From Octopus bimaculoides (taxonomy: Eukaryota), in the NCBI RefSeq assembly GCF_001194135.2, contig NC_068982.1, forward strand, positions 155,525,442 through 155,589,441: 64,000 nucleotides of DNA, in the 5' to 3' direction. The notes below the pieces were generated by a model. It saw only the letters and a list, made by a program, of their open reading frames with translations, ran no database searches and was not told the DNA's origin. Both the position numbers and the translations under genes were made by a program. Every line of letters begins with the position of its first letter. The stretch's first letter is position 1. Positions 12,201-25,079 of the stretch are shown in pieces.

Positions 12201-15200
12201 CCAGTTACTCCTACCTCTAGTCTGAATACTCCAGCTACCAATTCTACTAATGGCATTAAAATTCTACCTCGTAGTTCTGCTACTGGTGCTCTAGCTTCTA
12301 GTTCTGCTGTTGTGACTGACACTCCAGCTTCCAGTTCTATTGAAACTGACACTGCAGCTTCTAGTTCTGCTATTGATGCCCCAGCTTCCAGTTCTGCTAC
12401 AGCTAGTGACACTCCAGTTTCTAGTTCCGCTACTGGTTTTGACACTCCTTCTCTTAGTTCTACAGTCAGTGTTGATACTACAGATGCAAATTCTACTTTG
12501 AGGAACAGCTTCCCAAGTGGTGAGAAAAGTTCTCGTGTCTCTTCTCTTCCATGTCAACCATCAACTGACAACTCTTCTCTGAACAAAAGTCCATCTTCAG
12601 GTAATTTTGGGCCAAGTTCCTCTTCAGTTCCCCCATCTGTCTCTGTTAGCATTTTTGATACCAAAATGCCTCACTCTTCTGTTTCATTAACTCCCATAAC
12701 AAGCTCCTCCTCTAGTATCAACACCACACTTTCATCAGATATAATATCATCACCAAACTCTGTCTCTACAGAACTTGCATCATCCACCAGTTCAAAAATG
12801 TCTGCTGTTGTTGTCTCCTGTCAGAATACTTCATCCTCCTCCTCTTCAAATGTAAATTCTGAAATCTCTGACCCTAAATCTCCCTCTTCTACCTTCTCTT
12901 CTAACTCCATATCCCCAGCACCTATTTCATCATCTGTTCAGTCATCTTCAGAATTAGCTTCCTCATCAAATCAAGTTGTAATTGAGTCTGATTCACCTTC
13001 TCAATCTAAATTAGGTAATCACTCCTCCAAATGCACGTCTAGCTTACCTTCCATTAAGTCCCCAAGTAGGATGTCTCCTATAGAAACTAAGTCATTAACT
13101 TCATCTGCTCCCTCCTCTAGTGTTTCAACATCATCAGATTCTGTTACTTCATCTCATTGTGCCAAAGATTTAGTTCTTTCGTCTGAAGTTAAATCAGCCC
13201 CGTCACCAAATAACCCAACTTTAATGTCATCAACTTCTGTCACTACCAACGAACCAACCCCATCCTCTGTTCTTTCCAAAGAGTTTGTTCCATCTTCATC
13301 TGTTTCATCTGAGACAGCCCCATCTTCATCTGCTTATTCTAAGAAACCAAAAGCCACTCCAGTAGCAAGCTCTAAGACATCAGTTTCATCTTCTACTAAA
13401 AGAATACTACCATCATCTTCTAATAATATAACACAAACTCCCAGTTGTAGTCCTGTTGAGTCTTCAGACTCACTCCACTCTGCTAGTAAACCATCAAGGT
13501 CTTTGTCACCATCATTTGATGCCAAATCCCCTGTGCTTTCTTCTTTGTCTAGTGTCAAGTTGCCTGAGCCTTCATCATCATCATCATCATCTGGTGCTAA
13601 ACCACCAGGTCCATCTTCATCATCATCATCATCGTCATCATCTGACACTGATTTGCTAGGACTTTCATCATCATCATCATCATCATCTGACAGCAAGCTT
13701 CCAACACTGTCATCATCTAATGACATTGTACCAACAACAGTATCACAATCAATTGAATGTAAACTTGATTCACCATCAGTGACACCAATATCTTCTACTT
13801 TCCCTCCATCTCCAACGCCTTGTTCATCTACAAATCACAGATCTCCTCCACACAGTCAAAAATTGCCATCTCCTTCATCATCAACTGACTTTTCAGATTC
13901 TAATGTAATTACCCCATCATCTAATAAATCTGATTTGCCAATTGTGGCATCATCAGCTTCTGAATCAGTGTCCCTATCAGCATCAATTGATGAAGACTTG
14001 ATGATGTCTTCAGAACTGTCATCTAATTTAGTTGAATCAACTAGTAATCAGAACACTTCTTCACATCCTGTTGAACCCATTCACACTACATCTTCCTCTT
14101 CTCTAACAGAAGATGCCCATTTACATTCATCATTACCTTCTGAGTCCTCATGTTCTTCTCTAGAACATCCTGAGCAGTCATCAGCAACTCCTATTTCATC
14201 ATCGGTACAAGACCCTATCAAGGTGCCTGTGTCAGCCTCCTCCTCCTCTTCATCATCATCATCATCATCTGCAGAAGTATCCAACTCTCAGTCATCAGCC
14301 CCAGTTTCCTGTGTCAAAGAGTCACCAAAATTAATTAACAGTGCTGCTGACTCTCTATCTCCTACTTTAGACACTGCTTCTCCTTCCAACATGGTACAAC
14401 AGACATCTGTTGCTTCAACTCCTTGCCTGTCTAGCAAATTGCCTTCTAAGTTAAAATCTTGTTCATCAGCTGAATCCTCATCATCCTCCTCCTCATCATC
14501 ATCATCATCATTATCAACATCAGATTTAGTCATTTCTGTAAACAGTAGTTCTAACATTCCAGTTTCACACAAAGTTTGCAACTCTCCTAATGTGGATACA
14601 GGCCTTAAACCCTCCCTTTGTGAAGATGAACAAAATGCTTTGGAAAGTTTAGTGAACAGTAAAACTGAAAGTGATTTGACTAAGGAAATGACAGAGAATT
14701 TAGAACCTGAAAACACCAGTACTAGTCAGAAATCAGAAGAGGATGCACAACTACCTGGTACTTGTGTTGAGGAGAAACCTAGTGAAAATAATACTGAAAT
14801 CAAAACAACTTCTGTGAGTTCTGACACTCTTGGAGCTGAACAATTGATTTCCAATACTAGAAGTGATGTGAATGAAGGCCAACCAGTTAGTTGCAGTGAT
14901 GTTGCTAGCCAGCCATCAGATTTTAAATGCGAGTTGGCTAATTCTGATGACACTGAAGTTAGCAGATTATTATGTGGTGGTAAAAAACCTGTTGGTGATG
15001 TGACAGATGCTCCTCAGAAGTCTTGTGACATTAAATGCGACTTGTCTGTAACAGATGACATTAAAACTGATGAGAATTTCAATTCACAGACTCTGTTTGA
15101 AGACACTGATCGACCAGTAATGGAATCTGATGTAAAAGAGGATAAAAATTTGGAAAGTGGAGAGAAAGAATGTGCCTCATCAGAGTCTCAAACTGAAATA

Positions 15201-17201
15201 AAAACTGAAAAATCTACTTCTATTAAGACTTACAGTTCATCCAAGGTTGATATTAAGACAGATTCAAAAGTGAAGTGTGAGGTAGAGGAGAAAAGTGAGG
15301 TTGAAATTTCTTACAATAGTCAGTCCAAATCAACTATTAAGGATGACAATTCTGACGTTTGCAAGAATGAGAAACAAGAGCAAGTAACCTGTGAGGAAGA
15401 TGACTCGCAAAGTTTTAATAAAAGCAGTAAATGTGAAGAGCTAGCATTACAACTGCAGGAAAATAGTTGCCATTCAGAAGAATCGACAGACTCTGGCAGT
15501 CGAAGGCTACGTGGAAGACCCCGAAAGACCAGTACAGAGACTGTCTCAACTGAACAAATGAAAACCCAACTATTGAACCCTGGAAATATTATAAACTTAC
15601 GCCTTCGCCGAGACCGTCCATCCGTAAAGAATGGGAAATGTAAACACTGTTGCTGCAAAAAACGCTGTCAGGCCAGCTGTGTTCAGAACAAGTGTATGGG
15701 TTGTATTTTAGATGGCAATTCAATATGTCGTTGTAGTTTAAAAGAAAGCTTGATGAAGAATATTCAAAGTATAGCTTTGTCAGTTAATACAATGTGCATG
15801 AATTGTCATGGAAAGAACAAAAGATCTGTTCGGGCTTGCAAGCGGAAACGCTCACCAAGTCCACAACCAAACAAACGACGTAGTGTTCTGCAAAGTCAAG
15901 TAAAACCCTCCACTACAACAAATCAAAAATCATCCAAAAATTCCTCAAAAGTATCTAGAACAAACTTCAAAACCAAACTGACTACAACTCCTCACAAAAC
16001 AATTGCCAAATCACCCCACAAAAAATCCCTAACAAAAACCCCTTCTAAAAAAGTAATTGAAGTTGAATTGAAAAAAATATCTCGAGAACCTTCTAAGCAA
16101 AAGGAACCCAGATGTAAATTAAAGAAAAAGCTAAGTGTCAATCTTTTGAAAGAAAACCCTGTTGTCTCTCTGAAGCAAATGAGCTCATTAGAGTCTCTGT
16201 CGGTTAGCCAGACAAGTAAAAAGGAGGATAGCACAAAGCATGTATCGACAAGGCGTTCGCTGAGGAGTAGAAAGTCTCTTGATGAAAGTACACCAGTATT
16301 GCAACAGATGCGCCGATCAAAGTCGGAACAAAAGCTTGATTCGAATAATGACAGTGCATCAAAATACCAAATTGATTTGGCTCTTACAGACAATATGAAT
16401 GATACAAAGATCAATTCTAAACTTTCACAAGACCATCTCAGGACAAATAGCAAAAGCAATGCAGCTCAGCCATGCTGTAGTACAGCAGATGATTGTTGTA
16501 GTACATGTGCTGACAACTTTAATAAAAAATTTGTAGATAATCGTGCTCTAAAAGAACTGCGGCAGCGTGTTAAACTTGGACCTTTTAAATGGGACTTGGA
16601 GGAATCAGATACTGGTGGACGAGCTCACACGAATGACGAATCTAATAAATCTAATAATGCAAATACTGTGTCAACTTGCAACACCAGTGTATCTAATACA
16701 AGCAGTAGTAGTAGCTCTTCTAAGGTATCAGAAAATACCTCACAAGTATCCCAGTTAACTCCCTCCTCTTCTGCATCATCATCAAGTAGTATGGATGATG
16801 AACTTGTGAAAACATCCATGACCCCACCAATCAGGACTTACTCTAGAACCCAGTCCCCAACTTCTCGGATCCGTGTTGGCCGAACATACAGTAAAGCATC
16901 TGACTATCAGGCCCTTCCCCCTGGGGTAATACCCATTGTAGACTGTCTGCGAGCATCATCACGCAGTTCAGCCAGTCACCTCTGTGACATGCCTCGTGTA
17001 CATGTAGTACGAGTAGATAAAAAGGGCAACATGTTTGAAACTCGAGAACCTTACCCTCTGCCCAGAACACCTGTGGACACTGACATAAATCGTAGTGTAC
17101 TTGATGAGGAAAAAGTTTCTGGCCAAAGGTGGAAACTGCAAAGAACTAAAATGAAAACAGATGGCTATCCATTTAGTTTTAAGAAAACACGAATTCAATA
17201 A
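3216..17201 (+). CDS. Giant terminal exon of an uncharacterised Ser/Thr/Pro/Lys-rich protein (mucin-like repeats; C-terminal AT-hook, Cys cluster and basic region)
   Basis: Each of the five sequenced blocks between N-gaps has one uninterrupted S/T/P-rich frame, and the frame changes only across gaps. ORF-track entries 3269, 8403, 10016 and 11829 are pieces of it. Stop TAA at 17199-17201. About 13,050 non-N coding nt. No ATG or signal peptide identified; upstream exons probably lie outside the window. Confidence 0.85.
7030..11700 (+). repeat. Coding tandem repeat array, mostly 33-nt units (11 aa) with some 30-nt units
   Basis: Successive unit types: STTTDVPKTPA, STTTPKPPAAT, STTTPKTPAPT, SSTSTKAPAP (30 nt), SSTTAPKAPAP, STTASKTTPPT (e.g. 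CCTACTTCTACCACTGCTTCTAAGACAACACCC). Confidence 0.95.
7713..11514. other. Four assembly gaps inside the coding repeat (7713-7883, 9137-9787, 11173-11279, 11505-11514)
   Basis: N runs of 171, 651, 107 and 10 nt, each flanked by near-identical repeat units. Confidence 0.99.
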
Positions 17202-17370
17202 CTACAGTGCATTGATTAGGATATTCTTTAATTAACTACTTATTGTGATTTTACTATTTGTTTTTGTTTTTCTTTATATTCCCTTTTTTTTTTTTCTGTT
17301 ACCCCTTTCATTTTACTTCAATTAAATATTTATATGGAAGAATTCACTTGCTAAAACGTTTTTAAAAAAA

Positions 17371-17551
17371 AATAAATAAGTTTTGAAATCTTGTTAAATT
17401 ACTAAATTGCTTTTGATAGTTTAATTTGATGAGAGAAACTATCTGGGGATAATAGTCAGGCCATCTTTAATTTATTGTCAGTAAAGTTTGACTACCTTCT
17501 TTACTTGAAATACACTAATGATTGCCAACCACTCAGCTTTCTTCTTACTAC

Positions 17552-17586
<35 letters not shown>

Positions 17587-17625
17587 TTTTAAAGATGTAT
17601 TTATCCCCCATTGCCTTTCAATAAA
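17371..17625 (+). terminator. Candidate polyadenylation signals for the + strand gene
   Basis: AATAAA at 17371-17376 and 17620-17625 in AT-rich sequence after the stop codon. The site actually used is unknown. Confidence 0.4.
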
Positions 17626-17822
17626 TTATTCTGATTTTTGAGTGGGGAGTTTTTTGTTAGTCTAGAACAAGCATTTTAGTTGACAAGCAATAGACAAAAT
17701 ATCACCTCACCCTTGTGTAAATAAATGGAAAAAAAAATTGTAAACACTTGTCTGTTGACAGAAGTATCAGCTGCAAGTAATTTTGTCTGAAAAAGCAGAT
17801 AAAGATACGTCTTTGTATATAG

Positions 17823-17837
17823 TTTTTTTTTTTCTTT

Positions 17838-17875
<38 letters not shown>
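17823..17875. repeat. Poly-T tract
   Basis: T-rich run, pure T from 17840 to 17875. Confidence 0.95.
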
Positions 17876-18494
17876 CTGGAACATAATCTGATCTTTGCTG
17901 CTGGTCTCACTGAGTTAATCTGTATGATCAATTGTATTGTGTATGTAAATATAACACACTCACCCTCTTGCTTTTTCTCTGGGCTAAAAAATTTTGTTTC
18001 TTTTGTTGCCCTCCTCATTTGTATAAGAAAGTCATCTATTCCTAGATTCACCTTCTCCGACATTTCATACAAATAATGATCATGCGTCAAATTTAATTTT
18101 AATAATTCTGATTGGAGTTTCAAAATTCATCCAAATAATGCTAGCATGGGTAGCTGGCTGTAGTTATTAATGATTTTAATAGTTCCAATAATATAATTAA
18201 TATAAATAATAATAATAGTGATGTGGACAGCAGAATTGGTAGTATCTGATAAAATATCTTGCATTTTGTCATGTTCTGACTTCAAATCTTCCTCAGATCA
18301 ACTTTGTTGTTTATCTTTTTGTCTAAGGTCAATTAAATAAGTATTGATTTATAAATAATGGTGTTGATGTAATTCTGCTAAGCATGGCCATATATACACA
18401 CACACACACTCACATTCCATTGAGTGAAACTAGTAAAATAACGATAATGTTTCTAGCAGACACACAAGGCCTGAGATTTGTGGATGGAAATTAA

Positions 18495-18712
18495 CTCTTT
18501 AGCATTCAGATTACTTTGTGAAATGTGATGCTTATTTATTGACATTGTTTTGAATCGATCATGCATTATCTCATAGCTTTGAGATTTTGATGATGATTGG
18601 TTATTTTAAAAATGACATTGTAGGGTAGGTGTGAGATGCCAGGTCTGGCTGATTTGAGGATAAATCAGGTAGAATATTAGGATCGGATATGGCTGGTTTA
18701 AATGCTAAAGGG
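18495..18712. mobile_element. About 220-bp piggyBac-type MITE, copy 1
   Basis: TTAA (18491-94), CTCTTTAGCATT ... AATGCTAAAGGG, TTAA (18713-16). Internal sequence is shared with the other copies. Confidence 0.85.
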
Positions 18713-18769
18713 TTAACCAATAACATCAACCTCAGCGCTTTGCTGGTACTCCATTTTATGCTAATAATT

Positions 18770-18983
18770 AGCGTTCAGATTAACTTGCCAAAAGTAATCC
18801 TTATTTATTCACATTAAAAAAAAATTATCTGATATTATTTTGTAGCTTCAAGATAGGAAAGATGTAATTGCTTATTTTTAGAATGACATTGCAGGGTAGG
18901 TGTGAGATGCTGGTTCTGGCCAGTTTGAGTATAAAATGTGTAGAATATCTGGGCCGGATACAGCCAGTTTAAACACTAAAGGG
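18770..18983. mobile_element. piggyBac-type MITE, copy 2 (left end degraded)
   Basis: Same internal sequence (...GAATGACATTGCAGGGTAGGTGTGAGATGC...), ending CACTAAAGGG-TTAA. Confidence 0.75.
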
Positions 18984-19665
18984 TTAAGCACGAGGTCATT
19001 GATTTTGAAGGGAAAAAGTTAGTCAACACCATATGTAACTGGTACTTTATTTTATTAACTCCTGAGAAATGAAAGGCAAAACTGACCTACATGAGATATG
19101 AGCTCAAAATGTAAAGAGTTGGAACAAATACCATATGGTATTTCTCCTACACTCTAACAAGTCTACCAGCTCATCACCGTAATAATTATAATAATATTGA
19201 TTACATACAGAGAAACACTTCCTCAGATGAAAACTTCAGATTGTAATGTGTTTATAATTGAAATGAAACAATAGCATATAACACGAACCAGCCTCTAATA
19301 TAGTCACTTAAACTGTTAGAAAGAACAGCCAAATTTCTCTTGAATCACACTCTACCATTTAAAATAGAAAATATATGCTGAATGTTGTTGTCCTAAGTTG
19401 TATACCTGGGGGTTGGGAACCAAGACAAGATGAGTATGGCTAGAATGATTTTGATCATAGATCTATTTGGATACGGTCGAACTGTGTCCTGAGCACCCGC
19501 ATGTAGCATTTGAAACCAATTTGTAGATTCACAAGGAACTTAACTTCTGACAACCCTTGCCATATTGATAATACTGATCGTGTTTAACAATGAATGAAAG
19601 TTAACAAAAGGCTCTATGTAACACTAAGGTCATAATGTTTGTGTTAGTAGGAATTAATATATTTG

Positions 19666-19667
<2 letters not shown>

Positions 19668-19732
<65 letters not shown>
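19668..19732. repeat. (TA)n microsatellite
   Basis: About 32 AT units. Confidence 0.95.
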
Positions 19733-19734
<2 letters not shown>

Positions 19735-20196
19735 TACTTGTTTATTTATCATTGATGAACTCAAGCAGCTAATATGTATGAAATTCAGCTCTTTTTAAAT
19801 GCCTTGTTTTGCAGCGTTAATTTCTCTCTCTTTCTCTCATACATGTGTGAGAGGTTGAAAGTTCACAAGCAGCTTCATATTCTCAGTGAAACTATTAATT
19901 GCTTCAAAATAGCTATAAACTCTTGTATTGAGTATGTGTAGTTTGTAAACATAAGCATTTATCTAATTACATATATTTATTTGTTCAGTGTCTATTTTAG
20001 CATGCTAGCATGGCTTAGATGAGGAGAGGTATTCAAGGCAGGATTTTTACAATTGAAAGCTCTTTTTGGTACCAATCAATCCTTGTTTTGCTAGTAAGGG
20101 GATTTTTTTTTTCCCCTTGAACAATTGAAAAGCACAAAGCATGAAGACAATTTGTTGATAGAAAATGTCAACAAACCTCACTGTTTATAACTCACA

Positions 20197-20477
20197 TTTG
20201 TTGTTGGCACTCCATCGCTTACGATGTCGAGGGTTCCAGTTGATCTGATCAACGGAACAGCCTGCTCGTGAAATTAATGTGCAAGTGGCTGAGCATTCGG
20301 GGATATTCAGCGTGACACAGTGTGACAAGGCTGGCCCTTTGAAATACAGGCACAATAGAAAGAAAGAGTGAGAGAAAGTTGTGGTGGAAGAGTACAGCAG
20401 GGTTTGCCACCATGCCCTGCCGGAGCCTCGTGGAGCTTTGGGTGTTTTCGCTCAATAAACACTCACAAGGCCCGGTC
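20197..20477 (-). mobile_element. tRNA-derived SINE family A, 5'-truncated copy
   Basis: Matches the body and (AAC)n tail of the full copy at 40293-40677. Confidence 0.85.
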
Positions 20478-21827
20478 TATATATAACAAGGTGTTGGCCA
20501 GTGTGGGGCTTTAGTACAGATACTTTCCTAAGATGTTACACTGGGGCTGAGCCCAAAGCCACAACGTTGAGGTATGATCTTCTTAACTCCACAGCCTTTA
20601 ATGTAAAATCTCTAATTAATTCTACTATAAATTTCTTCAATTAAGATCTCTTAGAAACTATAACATTAATTTTTTTTTTTTAAGCTAACAGAAATAAAAG
20701 TTGTAAACTGTATTTTGGTTAAGATATTTGATGACTACCTTTAGTTGCATTATTATTTTATGATTATATTTGAAATGATTATTCTTATTGGCAGAACTAA
20801 TAGAAAGGCAGACTAAATGCCTTCCAGTACTTACACCCCTTTCTTAGTTGGTTAATATCCCACTGCAGTGAACTTTACACTTTATCGCTCTGTGGCTGCT
20901 AAAACAAAGTGTTAGTCAAGTTTAAGGCTGATAGTTTTGAATGTATCTCTCCTTGCCTCCCAAAATATCTAGCCTTGTGCCTTGTATCAACTTCACAATT
21001 TTCCATTGTCTCCTTTGTAGCTCTTAACATTTCATGCCTATAAAATATATTTTCATCATTTGTAAGATCTTATCTATATGGCATTTCTGTAACAAAGTCA
21101 CAGCAGTCCAATAACTGGAGCCAGTAAAAAAAATTGTATTTGTGTGTGTGTGTGTGAAATTAGTGTTTTAAATGCATAAAGTAACATACTTAAAAACCTA
21201 TATAGATACAAGCATTCACTGAACAAAGAACTCTATATAGAGTCGAATATTTATTATAAGACTGTTGGCAGTTATTTCAAAATAGCTGTTAACTCTTATT
21301 ATCATTGTGTGTTTGTATATTCATGCATGTATGTTGATAGTGCTTCTCCATGGACAGCCCACAGGCTAAAATTAGTAAGAGAATATGTTTAGGATATAAA
21401 ATATCCCTTCTGTAAGGCCTATTAGCAATGAGTATAAATTTAAATTAAGTATATCAATATATTAAGCATGCTTTCTGGCGTTTTATGATGACAATGTGTT
21501 TGATTTGTGTGTATGGAAACAAAAATCTCCAATTTCCTCACACTCACCAACATGAGAGAGCCTTCACATGTCTGTTTGACCTGCTAGATATAGCAGCCAC
21601 ATCTTCCTCGAATCACACCCTATCATATGACATACAAACAGGATATATTAGAAAATGTAATCCTAAAGTGATGGGATTGTCATGGCTGGAATGTCTGTGA
21701 TCATTGATTGATCTGGAACTAAACAACAATGATATATATTTCTCTAATATAATCTATAAAATAACTGGAAAAAAAAACATTATAAATCTCATCAAAATGT
21801 TCTTGATATATTCTAGCATCTAAGTGA

Positions 21828-21830
<3 letters not shown>

Positions 21831-21868
<38 letters not shown>
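21831..21868. repeat. Poly-T tract (38 nt)
   Basis: Direct reading. Confidence 0.95.
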
Positions 21869-21872
<4 letters not shown>

Positions 21873-22084
21873 GCCAGCAGTAAAGGTCTTTTAGACATCA
21901 TGGCCTTAGCCATGATGTCTAAAAAAAATCAGAGATCATTCATTTGTATATTTTGTTTTAGCATTTAGTTGGTTTTATTAAAAAAAAAACACTTTTTCTT
22001 TTTGCATTATGAATGACAAAACCTGGATCTACACAAGTTATGTGAAGAAAAATGAGTGTGTATATGTACGTGTGTGTGTGTGTG

Positions 22085-22133
<49 letters not shown>

Positions 22134-23275
22134 GTGCACACAGACACATTTATATACTCACACATGTATATATGTATATATATATATATATTTACACTCA
22201 GACAGTCGTATATATGAAAATTCTGTAAATTTTGTTTTTTTAAATTCCCTATCCCTGTTTCCCAGCAAATTGTATGTTCTAATCTGCCATGGTACTGTGT
22301 TAATATTTCACTCTGTACCACCTGTTTCAGACTGATTGAAAATAAAAATATTCATTTATCATAATAAACCTCTGAAATATATATACTTAATAGTTTGACT
22401 TTCATCACACATTTTTTTTTTCTCAAATTCACTTTCCTCTTTATAGATATTCTAAATGAATGAATTGTAAATCCTTGCACCCATTGCTGTGTACAATAAG
22501 GCTTTCTAATGGTGTTAATTCTTTTGTGCCAAGACAGTTCTGACTGAGAAATTCTATAATGTAAAATATTCTAATTATCGCCAACACATTTTCAGTATCT
22601 CTACTACTTTGCTTATTTTTTTATTTCTTAAGATGCTCAAGTGTGATTTGGTTGCTATTTCTACTTAATTAAATATTCATATGGAAACTTCCAAGTTGGC
22701 TTATATTTTCTTTATGGTTTAATGATAAGAAGAAGGGCATTACCCTCGACCTTAGCTTCGTTTCTGAGAAAAGTGATAGGAAACTATGATTCATGATTTA
22801 GTGAATCAGTGAATCAAGATTTTAAGTCATCCTCTGACCAGACATCTGACTTGAATGCTTGTAACAAAGTGGACATCACTAAAAGCATTCATGGGTCCAC
22901 ATTGAAATCAGCTTCCTTAAATTCATTGCTATATAACCCTTTCTACTATAGGCACAAGGCCTGTGATCTTGGAGGAGTGGGTCAGTTAATTACATTGACC
23001 CCATTCTTTGACTGGTACTTATTTTGTCAAGGATGAAAAGCAAAGTTCACTTCAGTGGAATTTGAACTCAGACCATAAAGACAGACAAAATGCTTAGCAG
23101 CTTGCCATCTAGATTGCGATATAGTAGAATATAGTTAACATTTCTATCACTATATAATAGACTAGTTAGATAACTCTACACACATTATATAATAGAACAC
23201 AGAATACTGTGTACATCACTATGTAACAATGTTAGAACTTCTCTCATTGTACAATAGAAGCCTCTACATCTTATA

Positions 23276-23570
23276 GGTGCAGGTGTGGCTGTGTGATAAG
23301 AAGCTTGCTTCCTACATGATTCTGGATTCAGTCCTACTGCGTGGCACATTGGGCAAGTGTATTCTGCTATAGCCTTGGGCTTCATGAATGGATTTGGAAG
23401 ATGGAAACTGAAAGAAGCCTGTCATATATACCTATGTGTATGTGTGTGTTCCCTCATACATGCTGCTTGACAACCAATGCTGGTGTGTTTATGTCTCTGT
23501 AACTTGGTGGTTCAGAAAAAGAGACTGATAGAATAAATACCAGGCTTTAAAAAAAAAAAACGTACTGGAG
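23276..23570 (+). mobile_element. tRNA-derived SINE family B (CORE-like domain), diverged copy
   Basis: Head GGTGCAGGTGTGGCTGTGTGATAAGAAGCTTGCTT...GGATTCAGTCC followed by TTGGGCAAGT, as in 31545-31950. Confidence 0.8.
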
Positions 23571-24007
23571 TTTATACATTTGAGTAAAAATTCTTCAAAA
23601 CAGTTCTGCAGTCTAATCACTAAAACAAATAAAAGATAAAATATCTGTTCAGGTCAACTTTTGCTTTTCATCCTTCCAGAGTTAATAAAATAAAGCACAA
23701 TCCTGGGTGATGAACTGTTGGAATTGTTAGAGCATTGAACAGAAGGAATTACAATACTTGTTTAAATTCTGAGTTAAACTGCAACCACACTGGTACCAAG
23801 TTACCATCCCTTGTCTTTCCCGTAGCCAATATTGGTGGTATGGGAAGGGGATATTTACTGCATGGGCAGCAACTAGTTTTCCACAAAGAATCCTTGTCCA
23901 GAACTTCAGTCGCTCTGCACTTTTGAAGATGAATGGAATAAAACCTACCTTACTTGAAAAACAGGTAAGGGTTAGTGATAGGAAAGGCATCATGCTATAA
24001 AGTAACG

Positions 24008-24354
24008 TTTGTTGTTGTTTGTTGGCACTCTGTCACTTACGACTTCGAGGGTTCCAGTTGATCCGATCAACGGAACAGCCTGTTTGTGAAATTAACGTGC
24101 AAGTGGTTGAGCACTCCACAGACACATGTACCCTTAATGTAGTTCTCGGGGATATTCAGTGTGACAAGGCTGGCCCTTTGAAATACAAGTACAACAGAAA
24201 CAGGAAGAAAGTTGTGGTAAAAGAGTACAGCAGGGTTCACGACCATCCCCTGCTGGAGCTTTAGGAGTTTTTGCTCAATAAACACTCACAACGCCCGATC
24301 TGGGAATTGAAACCGCAAGTCCGCTACCCTAACCACTGGGCCATTGCGCCTCCA
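24008..24354 (-). mobile_element. tRNA-derived SINE family A
   Basis: Reverse complement starts TGGAGGCGCAATGGCCCAGTGGTTAGGG (A box), has a B-box-like GGTTTCAATTCC, and ends in an (AAC)n tail. Confidence 0.9.
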
Positions 24355-24711
24355 CTTAAAAAACAACACCAACAATATTTATGTAAGCCAGTTCTTTGCA
24401 GAATTGAGTGGGGGTGAGATGGAAAATTGTTTATGGGTATTGGGGGAAAGGGGTCCAGTAAGGGAGGTAATAGATACATTTTTATAGTTTAGTTTTTGTC
24501 TTTTATTTAAATACTAGCTTTTAACTCATGTCAGATGTAATATGATTAACTGCTTCTTAGCCACAATCCCTACAATGACAATGTTAACAAGACTTCAAAA
24601 TGTGATTAAACAAAGGCAATGGAATTCTAAATGGCAACTCTTATTAGCTGTAGACAAGTGCACCATTTGAGAGAAAACAAAACCTGAATTCACCTACTGC
24701 ACCACACCTTT

Positions 24712-24903
24712 TACCATTTAAACCAGCCATATCCAGCTCAAATATTTTGCCCATTTTATATTCAAACAGCCAGATCTAGCTTCTCACACTTACCTACAAT
24801 GTCATTCTAAAAAGAATCACATCATCAAAATCACAACACTAATATAATGCATGATCAATTAAAAATAATGTGAATTAAATATGCATTACATTTGACAGAA
24901 TGC
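24712..24903. mobile_element. piggyBac-type MITE, diverged copy in opposite orientation
   Basis: Reverse-complement match to the MITE body (CCAGCCATATCCAGC...CTCACACTTACCTACAATGTCATTCTAAAAA); termini eroded. Confidence 0.6.
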
Positions 24904-25079
24904 TATACAGTTAAGAAATTTACAAGTGAACATGACCTAGGCACATAGTGTCATCAATAGTCTATGTTGGATGAATTACATTTCTAAAATTGTCAAGAAA
25001 GGTTGAAGATGTCTTAGTATTATTCAATAAGACATTTGCCAACCACTCATATTAGCTATTTATTTAAAGCTATATATGA

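Noticed and set aside
4015-14953. Long minus-strand V/E/G/A-rich ORFs (e.g. 9118-11154, 678 aa; 11498-12445)
   Set aside because: Antisense shadows of the S/T/P/A/K frame. Codons such as TCT, ACT, ACC, AAG and GCT give a stop-free in-register antisense frame; no independent splice or start evidence.
3269-17201. Four separate genes (ORFs at 3269, 8403, 10016, 11829)
   Set aside because: Frame changes coincide only with gaps and the repeat continues seamlessly on both sides, so one exon is more parsimonious.
17702-21913. Poly-Lys/poly-Phe ORFs (17702, 17767, 17783, 21719)
   Set aside because: Translations of poly-T/A homopolymer tracts.
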